From the NCBI GenBank assembly GCA_965223855.1, contig CBDCXM010000009.1:2368001-2432000 (forward strand): DNA of 64,000 bases. The letters run 5' to 3'. A model generated the notes under the pieces. The model saw only the letters and a list, made by a program, of their open reading frames with translations, searched no databases and was not told where the DNA came from. A program made the position numbers and the translations under genes. This stretch comes from Candidatus Multivoradales bacterium (GTDB lineage: Bacteria > Acidobacteriota > Thermoanaerobaculia > Multivoradales > JAHEKO01). The stretch's first letter is position 1; each line of letters opens with the position of its first letter. Of this stretch, positions 46,959-57,084 are shown piece by piece.

Positions 46959-47873
46959 ATGGAACCAGCAGCTCGCTCATCGCCGACGGCGACCGTCGTC
47001 CTGTCGACCTACAACCAGCCCGCCTGGCTGGAGCTGGCTCTCGACGGCTACGCCCTTCAAAGCGAGCGCGACTTCGAGTTGATCGTCGCCGACGACGGTT
47101 CCGGGCGGGAAACGGCTGCCGTCGTCGACGCCTTCCGCCGGCGAAGCGGGCTGCCGGTGCTGCACCAGTGGCAGGAAGATCGCGGATTCAGAAAGTGCCG
47201 CGCCCTCAACCGCGCGATCGCCGCAAGTCGCGGCGAGTACCTGATCTTCAGCGACGGGGATTGCGTCCCGCCCCCGGACTTCGTCGCCACTCATCTGTGG
47301 CATGCGCGAAGCGGACGGTTTCTCTCCGGCAGCTACTACAAGCTCGCCGCGTCGGTCAGTGCGCGGATCGCCCGGAGCGGGCCGGACCCGGAACCGCCGT
47401 CGATTCGCAACCTGCTCGCCCTCGGCTGCGCGCCCGGGCTGGCGCTTCTGAAGGCGGCGGCGTTGCCACCCGTCCTCGAGTGGGCGCTCGACCGGGTGGC
47501 AGCGATCAAGCGGATCACCTGGAATGGTCACAACTCCTCGGCGTGGAAGCGGGACCTGGTACGGGTCAACGGATTCGACGAGCGGATGGGCTACTGGGGT
47601 GAGGATCGTGAGTTGGGCTTGCGCCTGCGCCATGCCGGGGTCCGGCCGCTGCAGCTCCGTCATCGCTGCTGCTGCCTCCACCTGCATCACGAGCGGCCGT
47701 ACCGCGACCCGGCGCTCCAGACCCGCAACCGCGAGCTGCTTCGCGAGGTGGTCTCCCATAGACGGAGCTGGACGCTCCACGGCCTCGCCCCGGGGCCTCC
47801 GCGGCCGCAGATTCCGATCCCGCACCCGGTGGGCGCGAAGGATTTTCGTCCGGCCGGCATCTCACAGAGTTGA
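46959..47873 (+). CDS. GT2 glycosyltransferase
   Basis: 'STYN', 'ADDGS', 'FSDGD', 'NGFDE..WGED'. Confidence 0.9.
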   Translation: MEPAARSSPTATVVLSTYNQPAWLELALDGYALQSERDFELIVADDGSGRETAAVVDAFRRRSGLPVLHQWQEDRGFRKCRALNRAIAASRGEYLIFSDGDCVPPPDFVATHLWHARSGRFLSGSYYKLAASVSARIARSGPDPEPPSIRNLLALGCAPGLALLKAAALPPVLEWALDRVAAIKRITWNGHNSSAWKRDLVRVNGFDERMGYWGEDRELGLRLRHAGVRPLQLRHRCCCLHLHHERPYRDPALQTRNRELLREVVSHRRSWTLHGLAPGPPRPQIPIPHPVGAKDFRPAGISQS

Positions 47874-48024
47874 GGAACGCCGTGACGTTCAGCGTCACCC
47901 GGACGACGGCGGGGGTTCCATTCTCCAGTACAGACCGCGGTTCTCGGTTGGATGCAGAGTCGCTGAGCCGCAAAGCCTCGGGAGGGCTCGAGTGGTGGAA
48001 CGAAGCTTCAGGAAGTCATTACGG

Positions 48025-49308
48025 ATGCTGGTGCTGTCGGCGCTTGCGGTGCCGATGGCCATAGGCGCTCAGGAAGGGCCCATCACTCTCGAGTTCAGTC
48101 TCTCGAACCCGGGAGCCCGCAGCATGGGCCTCGGTGGCGCCTTTGCCGCCCTGGCCGATGATGCGACCGCAGCCTTCGCGAACCCGGCCGGGCTCGTTCA
48201 GCTGATCGAACCGGAGTTTTCGATCGAGGGGCGCTTCACGTCGGTGGACACTGAGTTCGTGGAGGGGGGACGGGCGGTCGGGGAGCCGACAGGGTTCGGG
48301 ATCGACACAATTGCGGGGGTGAGGACCGGCGTCTCGACCAACGAGAGCTCGGATGCCTCGTTCGCCTCGCTGGTCTTTCCCGCAAGGCGCGCGGCTGTTG
48401 CCCTGTACCGGCACGTCTGGGCGGATTTCGATCTCACGAGACGGGTGGACGGGCTCTTCGGCGACGTGGAGGGAGAGCTCGATCGCTCCGAGGACGTCCT
48501 CGCGAGGACGCGGGTGCGTGTCGTTCACACAGGCCTCGCGCTGGCGCTCGAGGTGACCGATCGCTTCAGCATCGGCATCGCAGCCGTCTCGTTCGATGCC
48601 GACATGGACTCGCGTTCCGTCGAGTACGGACAGGAGGACGACGGATTCTTCGAGCCGAATCCGTTCACGCCTGAGCTGGTCGATACGCTCTACTCGTACC
48701 GGTCGACGACGAGCGACTGGGTCGGGCACGTCGGGATTCTGCTGCGCCCCTCCGATCGATGGTCGCTGGGCGCGTACTACCGTGAGGGGCCGACCCTCGA
48801 GCTCCGGGTGGTGGAGACCGTGGGCCCGGCCGATGACGAAGTCCCTGCGGGGACGATCGAACTCGATACGACGACCCCCCTCGAGCTACCGGACGTCTAC
48901 GGCGTGGGGATCGCGGTGCACAGCGCCGACGGTCGCTGGACGACGAGCGTCGAGTGGGCCCACGTACGCTACTCGGCGATCGTCCGCAGCCTCGACACCG
49001 CCGTCTTCGACCCGGACCAGATCGCGATCGAGGACGGAAGCGAGCTCCACTTCGGGATCGAGCGCATTCTGAGCCGGGCTCGTCCCATCGTCGGGCTCCG
49101 CCTCGGTGCATGGCTCGATCCCGACCATCGCGTCGGTTCCGGTTTCGACGCCGACGTGTTCGAGAGCGCCATCTTCCGCGCCGGCGACGACCTCTGGCAC
49201 GGCACCGGCGGACTCGGACTGGTGTTCGAGAGCTTCCAGCTGGACTTCGGCTTCGATCTGTCGGAGCGGGGGCATACCGCCTCGATCTCGGTCGTCTATC
49301 GGTTCTGA
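48025..49308 (+). CDS. FadL/PorV-like outer-membrane beta-barrel protein
   Basis: 'NPGARSMGLGGAFAALADDATAAFANPAGL'; C-terminal 'VYRF'. Confidence 0.8.
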   Translation: MLVLSALAVPMAIGAQEGPITLEFSLSNPGARSMGLGGAFAALADDATAAFANPAGLVQLIEPEFSIEGRFTSVDTEFVEGGRAVGEPTGFGIDTIAGVRTGVSTNESSDASFASLVFPARRAAVALYRHVWADFDLTRRVDGLFGDVEGELDRSEDVLARTRVRVVHTGLALALEVTDRFSIGIAAVSFDADMDSRSVEYGQEDDGFFEPNPFTPELVDTLYSYRSTTSDWVGHVGILLRPSDRWSLGAYYREGPTLELRVVETVGPADDEVPAGTIELDTTTPLELPDVYGVGIAVHSADGRWTTSVEWAHVRYSAIVRSLDTAVFDPDQIAIEDGSELHFGIERILSRARPIVGLRLGAWLDPDHRVGSGFDADVFESAIFRAGDDLWHGTGGLGLVFESFQLDFGFDLSERGHTASISVVYRF

Positions 49309-51671
49309 TGAACCCGCGTCGACTCGCGGCGGCGGCCGTCGCGATTCTGCTCTTCGCTGCCGCACCGCCGGCGGCCGCGGGGCCGTGGTTCGAGGAGTAC
49401 CACGAGGCGGAGCGCGCCGTGGCCTCCCGGCGCTGGGAGCTCGCCGTGGAGCATCTGCGTGCCGCACTGGCGGATCGTCCCGACTCCGCGGCTCGTGCGC
49501 GGACCTATGGCATGCGCTTCGTCGACTACTTCCCGTACCTCCAGCTCGGGATTGCCTACCGCGGCCTGGGCAGACCCGGCGCAGCTCTCCAGGCGTTCGA
49601 GTCCGAGCTCAGTCAGGGGGCGATCCAGCAGGTACCCGCGCGCCTGCGCGAGCTGCAGACGCTGATCGAAGCGGTGGAGAAGGAAGTGGCGAGCGCGCGT
49701 CTCGAGGAATCGACGCGCGGCGAGCGGCTGATCGCCGAAGGGCTCTCCCGCGCTGCGCGTCAGGAGGAGGCGGGAGATCTCGATGCTGCGGCGGACTCGC
49801 TGGACCGGGTGCTCGCGCTGGCTCCTGAGTCGGAGGAGGCACTCGCCGCGGCCGAACGCGTGCGTGCTGCGCGAGCCGAGCGGCAACGCCGGATCGATGC
49901 CCGAGAGCGTGCCGGCAGGCTGCGCCTCCGAGGCGGAGAGGAGCTTTCGCGTGGCGATCCGCGGGCCGCGGCGGCCAGCTTCGGCGAGGCCGAGCAACTG
50001 TTCCCGACGGACGAGGGCGCCAGGGGGCTCGAAGAGGCGAGGTCGGCGCTGGCCGGGCAGTTGCGGCGCTCGGCGGCTCCCGATCCGATTCCCGGACGAC
50101 TCGACCGGGCGCGCGCGTTCGAGGCGGAAGGGCGATGGCTCGAGGCGATTCGCGAGGTGCAGTCGGTGCTCGCCCTGCAGCCGGGGCACGAGGAAGCGCT
50201 CGAGTTCGAGGAGCGTCTTGCCAGGCTGCGCGCCGACGACGAGGCGGAGAGGGAGTCGGGCCGGCAGGTCTCCGCCCTTCTCGAAACGCTCCGAACTCTT
50301 CGATCGGCCGGCGACCTTGCCGGCACGCTCAGGGCGGCCAACCGGATCCTGGTGCTCGATCCGGGCCACGGCGAAGCGCTCACGGCTGTGGCCGAGGCTC
50401 ACTCCCGGCTGGGAGAGCAACTCCTGGTCGTCGACGGCGAAGCTCCCGTAATCGTGATCGACGGCGCCGGCGCGCCCGGAGAGGAGTGGATCGTGAGCGA
50501 AGGCTCAGGATGGCTCGCCGGCCGGGTCCTCGATGCGACGCCGGTCGAGTTGGTCGCAAGCATCGATGGTCAGGATCACCCGGTCGAGGTTTCGGAAGTG
50601 CGGATGGGAGGGATCTGGGTGAGCGACTTCCGAGTCGCTGCGGTGCTCGATCCCGGCGTGTCGACGGTGCGAGTCGAGGCGCGAGACCTGTCCGGCCGGG
50701 AGACGACCCTCGAACGCGAGGTCGAGTACCGCCGGTCGCTGCTGCGGTCGCGAGGCCTCTTCGGGATCGCGGCCCTGTGCCTCGCGCTCGCGGGAAGCGG
50801 AGCACTGGCGTGGCGCTTCCTGCGGCGCAGGGCCCTCCTGAGAAGGCGCTTCAATCCGTACGTCGCCGGCGCCCCGATTCTCGACGGGGAGCGCTACTAC
50901 GGGCGTCGGAAGCTGCTCGACTACGTGCTACGTAGAATCTCGAACAACAGCGTCATGCTCTACGGTGAGCGCAGGATCGGCAAGACGTCGTTCCAGCATC
51001 AGCTCAAGCGCTGCCTCGGAGAGCTCGACGATCCCGACCACGAGTTCTTCCCCGTCTTCGTCGATCTGCAGGGAATTCCGCAGGAGCGCTTCTTCGCGAC
51101 GCTGGCGACCGAGGTGTTTCACGAGCTGGGGCCGCGTCTCGGTGGGCTCGAGCCCGATCCCTCACTCGCCACCGGCGAGTACGGCTACCGGACCTTCGTG
51201 CGAGACCTGCAGAAGACCTTGGCGGCCCTTCAGGAGCGCAACACCAAGAAGGTCAAGCTCGTGCTCCTGATCGACGAAGTCGACGAGCTCAACGACTACG
51301 ACCCGCGAGTGAACCAGCGGCTGCGCAGCCTCTTCATGCGCTCGTTCTCCGACCGCCTGGTGGCGGTGGTCTCGGGGGTGACGATCAAGAAGCAGTGGGA
51401 GCGCGAGGGGAGCCCCTGGTACAACTTCTTCCAGGAGGTCGAGGTCGAGCCGCTGGGGGCCGGCGAGGCGCGAGCGCTCATCGAAGCTCCGGTGGCCGGA
51501 ATCTTCCGCTTCGAGGAGGCGGCAGCGCTCGAGATCGTCGAGCGGACGCGGAGCAAGCCCTACCTGATTCAGCGCCTCTGCTCGAGTCTCATCGACCGGA
51601 TGCACGAGGAAGGGCGGAGGACGGTCGGCATCGACGACGTCGAGGCCGCCTGCGCGGCGGAGGGTCTCTGA
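49308..51671 (+). CDS. Signal peptide + TPR + Ig-like + TM + cytoplasmic STAND-like P-loop ATPase
   Basis: 'YFPYLQLGIAY', TPRs, TM; 'NPYVAG', Walker A GERRIGKTS, Walker B LLIDEVD. Confidence 0.88.
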   Translation: MNPRRLAAAAVAILLFAAAPPAAAGPWFEEYHEAERAVASRRWELAVEHLRAALADRPDSAARARTYGMRFVDYFPYLQLGIAYRGLGRPGAALQAFESELSQGAIQQVPARLRELQTLIEAVEKEVASARLEESTRGERLIAEGLSRAARQEEAGDLDAAADSLDRVLALAPESEEALAAAERVRAARAERQRRIDARERAGRLRLRGGEELSRGDPRAAAASFGEAEQLFPTDEGARGLEEARSALAGQLRRSAAPDPIPGRLDRARAFEAEGRWLEAIREVQSVLALQPGHEEALEFEERLARLRADDEAERESGRQVSALLETLRTLRSAGDLAGTLRAANRILVLDPGHGEALTAVAEAHSRLGEQLLVVDGEAPVIVIDGAGAPGEEWIVSEGSGWLAGRVLDATPVELVASIDGQDHPVEVSEVRMGGIWVSDFRVAAVLDPGVSTVRVEARDLSGRETTLEREVEYRRSLLRSRGLFGIAALCLALAGSGALAWRFLRRRALLRRRFNPYVAGAPILDGERYYGRRKLLDYVLRRISNNSVMLYGERRIGKTSFQHQLKRCLGELDDPDHEFFPVFVDLQGIPQERFFATLATEVFHELGPRLGGLEPDPSLATGEYGYRTFVRDLQKTLAALQERNTKKVKLVLLIDEVDELNDYDPRVNQRLRSLFMRSFSDRLVAVVSGVTIKKQWEREGSPWYNFFQEVEVEPLGAGEARALIEAPVAGIFRFEEAAALEIVERTRSKPYLIQRLCSSLIDRMHEEGRRTVGIDDVEAACAAEGL

Positions 51672-51672
51672 C

Positions 51673-53640
51673 ATGGCCGTCACTCCCTACGTCGTCGGCC
51701 AGTGGGTACGAGGAGACGCCTTCTACGGGCGCCGCTCGCTCCTGCGCGACATCCTCACGGGGCCACGCAATGGAATCTGGCTGCTCGGGACCCGGCGAGT
51801 CGGCAAGACTTCGGCTCTCAAGGAACTCGATCGGCTGGCGCGCGAGTCTCCCGGCTCCGACTACTTCCCGGTCTTCTGGGATTTCCAGGGGGTCGAAGGG
51901 CCTCACGAACTCAGGGAGAGCTTTCGGGACTCCCTGCTCGATGTGTCGCCTGACCTCGAGGAGCTCGGTATCGATCTCGAAGCGGTCGATCGCAGCGACC
52001 TTTTCGAGTCGATCAACAGGCTCCGAAGGGCGCTCGGCGAGCGAGATCGGCGGCTCCTGCTGCTGGGGGACGAGGCTGAGGAACTGGTGGCGATCCACGA
52101 GCGGGCGCCCCAGTTCCTCACCCGCCTGCGACGGGTGCTGCAGTCGTCCGAGGGGGTCAGGGCAGTGCTCGCCTCGACGATCCGGCTGTGGCGCCTCGCC
52201 GAGAGGGACACCAGCACTTCACCTTTTCTCCACGGTTTCACTCCGGCGAGGGTCGTCGGCCGCCTGTCGGACGATGCCGCGCTCAGCCTGGTTCGTCAGG
52301 ACCAGCTCGCTCCCGAAGCGCGGCCCGAGATCGACGGCGAGGCGGCCGAGCGCATTCGAGCCGCCTGCAACAACCATCCCTTCCTCCTGCAACTCGTCGC
52401 CGAGCGCCACCTCGAGAGCGGCGATCTCACCGCGGCGATCGAGGAGGTCGAGGCCGACTCCATGGCCGGCTTCTTCTTCCAGTCCGATCTGTCGATGCTG
52501 GAGTCCGGGGAGCGTTCCGGGTTGCGTTGGCTCGCCTGCCGCGAGGAACCCGCTTCGGAGGAGGAGTTGGGCCGGGCGATCGCCCCCTCGTCTTCCGCCA
52601 GCCGGTCCGGAGTGCACCGCTTGGAACTGTTGGGGTTCGTGGCGCGAGACGCCGCCGGAGGTCTCGAGATCGCGAATCGCTACTTCCGGCGCTGGCTTCT
52701 GGACTCGGAGGACTCTCCCGACACGGGAGCCGGCCGGGCGACGTCGGAGAGAGTTCTCGTCGGCGACCGCACTCTTGTCGGCGGTCGCTACGACCTGCTG
52801 GAGAAGCTCGGCGACGGCTCCACGGGAGAGGTCTTCAAGGCTCGCGACACCCTCCTCGACAGTATCGTTGCGGTCAAGCTGCTACGTCGCGACTACGGTG
52901 GGGAGAAGGCGGCTCTGGAGCGGCTGCGCCGCGAGGTGCTCCTGGCGCGCGACCTCAGTCATCCGAACCTCCTGAAGGTCTACCACCTCGGAGCCGACGG
53001 CGACCGGCGCTACGTGACGATGCGCTACATCGACGGCGAGAATCTCGCGAAGAAGCTGGCCTCGGAAGCGCGCCCTCCCCTCGCGTGGGGGCTCTCCGTC
53101 GCCCGCAAGCTCGCCTCCGCCCTCGCGGCCCTGCATCGGTGCGAGGTCCTGCATCGCGATCTCAAACCCTCCAACGTGCTGATCGACCGCTCCGGCGAAC
53201 CTCACATCTCCGACTTCGGCCTCGCCAGGCTCCCGTGGAGCCCTGGAGTGACGCGCGACGGCGGCTTCGTCGGAACCCCGGCCTACGCCTCGCCCGAGCA
53301 GGCGATGGGAGGCAAGCCGGACGCGCGCTCCGATCTCTACGCGTTGGGCCTCGTCCTCTTCGAGCTCTTCACCGGCCAGCGGGCGTTCGAGGCGGGCTCG
53401 GGACAGGATCTTCTCGAGCTGCAGGTCCACGCACCGGTGCCGCGACCGTCGGGAATCGCGCCGGACATTCCCGAGGAACTCTCGGCGATTGTCCTGCGAT
53501 GTCTCGAGAAGAAGCCGCTGGATCGGTACGAAAGTGCCGAGGCACTCGAGGCAAACCTCGAGAGAGTGCGGCTGCCTGCGATCTCCGACAGCCAGCCCGC
53601 CACGCCCGATGGCCGCAGCTCGTCGCCGGCCCGGAGTTAG
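51673..53640 (+). CDS. STAND-like ATPase fused to Hanks-type Ser/Thr kinase
   Basis: 'PYVVG', GTRRVGKTS, LLGDE; kinase VAVK, HRDLKPSN, DFG, SPEQ. Confidence 0.92.
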   Translation: MAVTPYVVGQWVRGDAFYGRRSLLRDILTGPRNGIWLLGTRRVGKTSALKELDRLARESPGSDYFPVFWDFQGVEGPHELRESFRDSLLDVSPDLEELGIDLEAVDRSDLFESINRLRRALGERDRRLLLLGDEAEELVAIHERAPQFLTRLRRVLQSSEGVRAVLASTIRLWRLAERDTSTSPFLHGFTPARVVGRLSDDAALSLVRQDQLAPEARPEIDGEAAERIRAACNNHPFLLQLVAERHLESGDLTAAIEEVEADSMAGFFFQSDLSMLESGERSGLRWLACREEPASEEELGRAIAPSSSASRSGVHRLELLGFVARDAAGGLEIANRYFRRWLLDSEDSPDTGAGRATSERVLVGDRTLVGGRYDLLEKLGDGSTGEVFKARDTLLDSIVAVKLLRRDYGGEKAALERLRREVLLARDLSHPNLLKVYHLGADGDRRYVTMRYIDGENLAKKLASEARPPLAWGLSVARKLASALAALHRCEVLHRDLKPSNVLIDRSGEPHISDFGLARLPWSPGVTRDGGFVGTPAYASPEQAMGGKPDARSDLYALGLVLFELFTGQRAFEAGSGQDLLELQVHAPVPRPSGIAPDIPEELSAIVLRCLEKKPLDRYESAEALEANLERVRLPAISDSQPATPDGRSSSPARS

Positions 53641-53713
53641 CCCGTCGACCGAAGGGTCGCGCCCTCCGGATCCGAGAGCCCCGGAGTAAGCGAGCCGAGT
53701 CGTCCGTGGCAGG

Positions 53714-53740
53714 AAAAGCGGGGCCCCGTGAGGGGCCCCG
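53714..53740 (-). terminator. Intrinsic terminator of the TonB receptor gene
   Basis: cggggcccc-gtga-ggggccccg hairpin followed by TTTT on the minus strand. Confidence 0.7.
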
Positions 53741-53764
53741 TGAGATCGCGTTCGACGGAGGTGG

Positions 53765-56707
53765 CTACCGGCTGGCGTCGAGGTCGACTTCGAGCCGCAC
53801 GTAGCCGACCATTCCCGGAAGATCGTGGAACGGGCTCATGCTGACGACGCCGCACGAATCGCAGACGCTCGGATCCTCGTCCAGCAGGTTGTTGATGCCG
53901 AACGCCAGAGTGCTCGACTCGTAGCCGGGCAGATCCCACCGAACCAGGAGGTCGGTGTAGAGGATCGACGCGAGCACACTACCCGAGTCCTGGATCATCG
54001 AGTCTTCCCAGCGGAAGGTGAGGCCGGCGTACCAGTTGTCCTTCGTGCGATCGACCCGCGCTCTCGCCCGCCACTCGGCGAACGCGCGCTGGAAGGTCTC
54101 GTTGGTGATCGTGCCGGTCCGGTCGGTGCTGGTGAGAGAGCCGTCCGGATTGCGGGTCAGCTCCGTGTAGTTGTCGAGGTAGGTGGCACTGAGGCTGGCG
54201 CCCCAGGCTCCGCCGCTCGTCCAGCCGAAGGCGAGGTCGGCGCCCGAGGCTTCGATCCCGCCGATGTTCTGAAGCTGGTTGTCGACCAGGTTGATGAGGC
54301 CGCTCGAAGCACGCTCGACCGCGTCGCAGAAGAACGGGTCCAGCGTGGCGACGCAGGCGTCGATCACCTCACCCGGGTCACGGCCCTGAATGGCGTTGTC
54401 GATCTGGAGGTCGTAGAAATCGACCGACAGCGACCAACCCGCCTGTGAGGTCCGCGTGGGGCTGTAGACGAAGCCGAACGAGTAGCCGTCCGAGGTCTCC
54501 GGCACCAGCCGCTCGTTGCCGGCTGAGATCGCGGAGAGTTGCGGGTTGCGCTGGGCGAAGCTGGTCGGCACGCCGAGGGCGGCGCAGTTGGCGACGATGT
54601 TGGCCGGCTGCGGCGTGTCGCGGCCACCGTTGGCGCTTCCGATCACGCCCAGCACGTCGGCGCAGGGGTCGAGGAAGGTGAAGTCCTCGCGCGCCGCGCC
54701 GCCGAAGAGCTCGCCGATGCCCGGTGCCCGGATCCCGGTGGAGATCGACCCGCGCAGCGAGAGCTCCGCGGTCGGGCGGTAGAGCACGCCGAGCTTGTAG
54801 GTGTCCTCCCCGCCGAAGGTGCTGTAGTCGGAGTAGCGAGTGGCGACGTTGAGCTCCAGATACTCCGCCATGGGGCTGTCGATCAGCAGCGGAAAGTTGA
54901 GCTCCAGGTAGGCCTCGGTGACGTCGAAGCCGCCCGCGGTCGGCGCAGACGGGATGCCGGCGGTCTCGCCGCTGGCGGCGATCGGGTCGGGCTGAAAGGA
55001 GCCCTTCTGATCGCGATACTCGACGCCGGCGGCGAAGCCGACCCGGGCCTGGTTGCTGAGCTCGAACAGGTCGCCGGTGATGTCGGCGTTGAGGGTCGTC
55101 ATCTCCTGGTCGCTGAAGTCACGCTGGGTGTAGGTGATGAAGTCGAGCATCTCCTGCGTGATCGAGCCGGTGCCGTTGGGTCCCTGGCCGCCGAAGAAGT
55201 TGAACGGCACGCAGTTCGGAACCAGAGCGCAGATCGCCGGATCGCCGAGAGCCAGCGCGATCTTGGCGATGTTGTGAGAGTTGAACTTCTGCTGAAAGCC
55301 GCTGTTCTCGCCATAGGAGGCGGTGATGTCCCAGCTGAAGTTGCGCGAACCGCTCGTGAACTCGCCGTCGATGCTGGCGCTGGTGAAGTAGGTGTCGACG
55401 TCCTGCTCGAAGATGCGCGGCCCCGACTCGAGCGGCCGGCGGCCGAAGAACTCGAGGTTGCCGTTGGCCACCGAGAGGTCGATACCGAACGGGTTGAACG
55501 GGTTGTCGCGGTGGATGAGGATGTTCTCGGCGATCCGGTTGCCGCAGCCGTTGCCCAGGCACAGCGGCTCCGGTGCCGCACGGGTCGACGACTGGCGGTT
55601 GGTGTAGGACGCCTTGAGATTGAGAGTCGTGGCTTCGCTCAAGGCGTGGCTGAGCGACGTGTGGAGATTGACCCTCTGATTGGGGGTCTTCAGGTAGTTG
55701 AAGTCGAAGCCGTTGTAGTTGAAACGGTCGGCGCTGGTGAAGGTGTGGAAGTCGCCGCTGCCGGGATCGTCGGGGTTGAAGACCGGGATGTTGGCGACGC
55801 CGTCGTTGAGGACCCCGTCGTTGAGTGTGATGCTCGCGAAGTCGAAGTTCGGCCCGAGGATGAAGCGCCCCTGAGGCGTGAACGAGGAGCACAGGGTTCC
55901 CGGAACGTCGCAACTGGTCGCGAACGGGTTGGGGAAAGCCGACTGGGCGCGATCTGTGGTCGTGACGGCGCCCTCCTGGTAGTAGGAGGCGCTGAACATG
56001 AGGTGGGTGTCCTCGTTGCCGGTGCCCCACAGTCCGCTGACCTCGGTGCCCTCGCCGTCTCCTTCGCTGACGAAGCGCCCGGTCTGAGCGCCGATCTGCA
56101 TGCCCTGGAAGCCGGTGCGGGTGATGATGTTGACGACACCACCGATAGCGTCGGACCCGTAGATGGCGGAGGCGCCGTCCTGCAGGACCTCCACCTTCTC
56201 GATCATGTTGGCCGGCAGAGTGTTGAGATCGACCGAGTTGGAGACGCCGGAAGCCGAGGCGCCCGGGATCCAACGCTTGCCGTCGACCAGCACGAGGGTG
56301 CGCTTGGCGCCGACGTTCCTCAGGGAGAGCTGGATCGCTCCGGCGCCGATGCCGTTGCCGTCCTGCGGGAAGCCGGAGTTGCCGGGGACGTTGAAGCGGG
56401 CGTTGATCGCCGAGCCCATGCTCGGGATCTGCTGGAGCGTCTGACCGATGTTGGTGAGGCCCGACTGCTTGATCTCGAGTTCACCGACCTCGACCAACGG
56501 AGCGCGCTGGTAGAGCGGGCTGGTGGCGATTCTCGACCCGGTGACGACGATGGTGTCGCTGACGGTGTCGTCGGCGTCCGCCTCCGTGTCTTCACCTTCC
56601 TCGACCTGGTTCTCCTCGGTCGAGGATGCCTCTTCGTCCTCCTGAGCCACGGCCGGGCCGAAGGCGACGGCGAGACCGAGGAGGCACAACAGAAAAGTCC
56701 TGCGCAT
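53765..56707 (-). CDS. TonB-dependent receptor
   Basis: TonB box 'DTIVVTGSRI', 'RTLVLVDG', 'GASAIYGSDAIGGVVNIIT'; RBS + ATG 56707. Confidence 0.95.
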   Translation of the reverse strand: MRRTFLLCLLGLAVAFGPAVAQEDEEASSTEENQVEEGEDTEADADDTVSDTIVVTGSRIATSPLYQRAPLVEVGELEIKQSGLTNIGQTLQQIPSMGSAINARFNVPGNSGFPQDGNGIGAGAIQLSLRNVGAKRTLVLVDGKRWIPGASASGVSNSVDLNTLPANMIEKVEVLQDGASAIYGSDAIGGVVNIITRTGFQGMQIGAQTGRFVSEGDGEGTEVSGLWGTGNEDTHLMFSASYYQEGAVTTTDRAQSAFPNPFATSCDVPGTLCSSFTPQGRFILGPNFDFASITLNDGVLNDGVANIPVFNPDDPGSGDFHTFTSADRFNYNGFDFNYLKTPNQRVNLHTSLSHALSEATTLNLKASYTNRQSSTRAAPEPLCLGNGCGNRIAENILIHRDNPFNPFGIDLSVANGNLEFFGRRPLESGPRIFEQDVDTYFTSASIDGEFTSGSRNFSWDITASYGENSGFQQKFNSHNIAKIALALGDPAICALVPNCVPFNFFGGQGPNGTGSITQEMLDFITYTQRDFSDQEMTTLNADITGDLFELSNQARVGFAAGVEYRDQKGSFQPDPIAASGETAGIPSAPTAGGFDVTEAYLELNFPLLIDSPMAEYLELNVATRYSDYSTFGGEDTYKLGVLYRPTAELSLRGSISTGIRAPGIGELFGGAAREDFTFLDPCADVLGVIGSANGGRDTPQPANIVANCAALGVPTSFAQRNPQLSAISAGNERLVPETSDGYSFGFVYSPTRTSQAGWSLSVDFYDLQIDNAIQGRDPGEVIDACVATLDPFFCDAVERASSGLINLVDNQLQNIGGIEASGADLAFGWTSGGAWGASLSATYLDNYTELTRNPDGSLTSTDRTGTITNETFQRAFAEWRARARVDRTKDNWYAGLTFRWEDSMIQDSGSVLASILYTDLLVRWDLPGYESSTLAFGINNLLDEDPSVCDSCGVVSMSPFHDLPGMVGYVRLEVDLDASR

Positions 56708-56844
56708 AGTGGTTCCCCCTTGCGTTGGTCGCAAGCCGCTCCCGACCAGACGACGCGCTGAAACCACTCGGATCTGCGCCATCGGCGCCGACTCGGTTTG
56801 CGAGATTCGTTGCGAGCACCGTAGCAACGCCGGAGTGTCGTGAT

Positions 56845-56860
56845 TGTGAAATACGTCACT
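56845..56860. promoter_or_regulatory. CRP/FNR-family-like site
   Basis: TGTGA-aatacg-TCACT in the divergent intergenic region. Confidence 0.4.
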
Positions 56861-57084
56861 CTCTGCCCTTGTGCAGGGTTTTCCCGGCCTATGAGCCCGG
56901 CAACGTCGAGCTGCGGCAACGCCGGAAGGGCACCACCCGAAAGGGCGTCGTCGTCGTCGACCGGATGTGCTCTTCTTCGGGACGGACGAGCGGGCGCTCG
57001 GGCCGCTCGGCCCGGCGACGGAGCGCGACCCCGGCCGGGAGTGCGCGAAGGGAGTTCGCAGGGAGTGCGAAAGGAGACGGGCCG

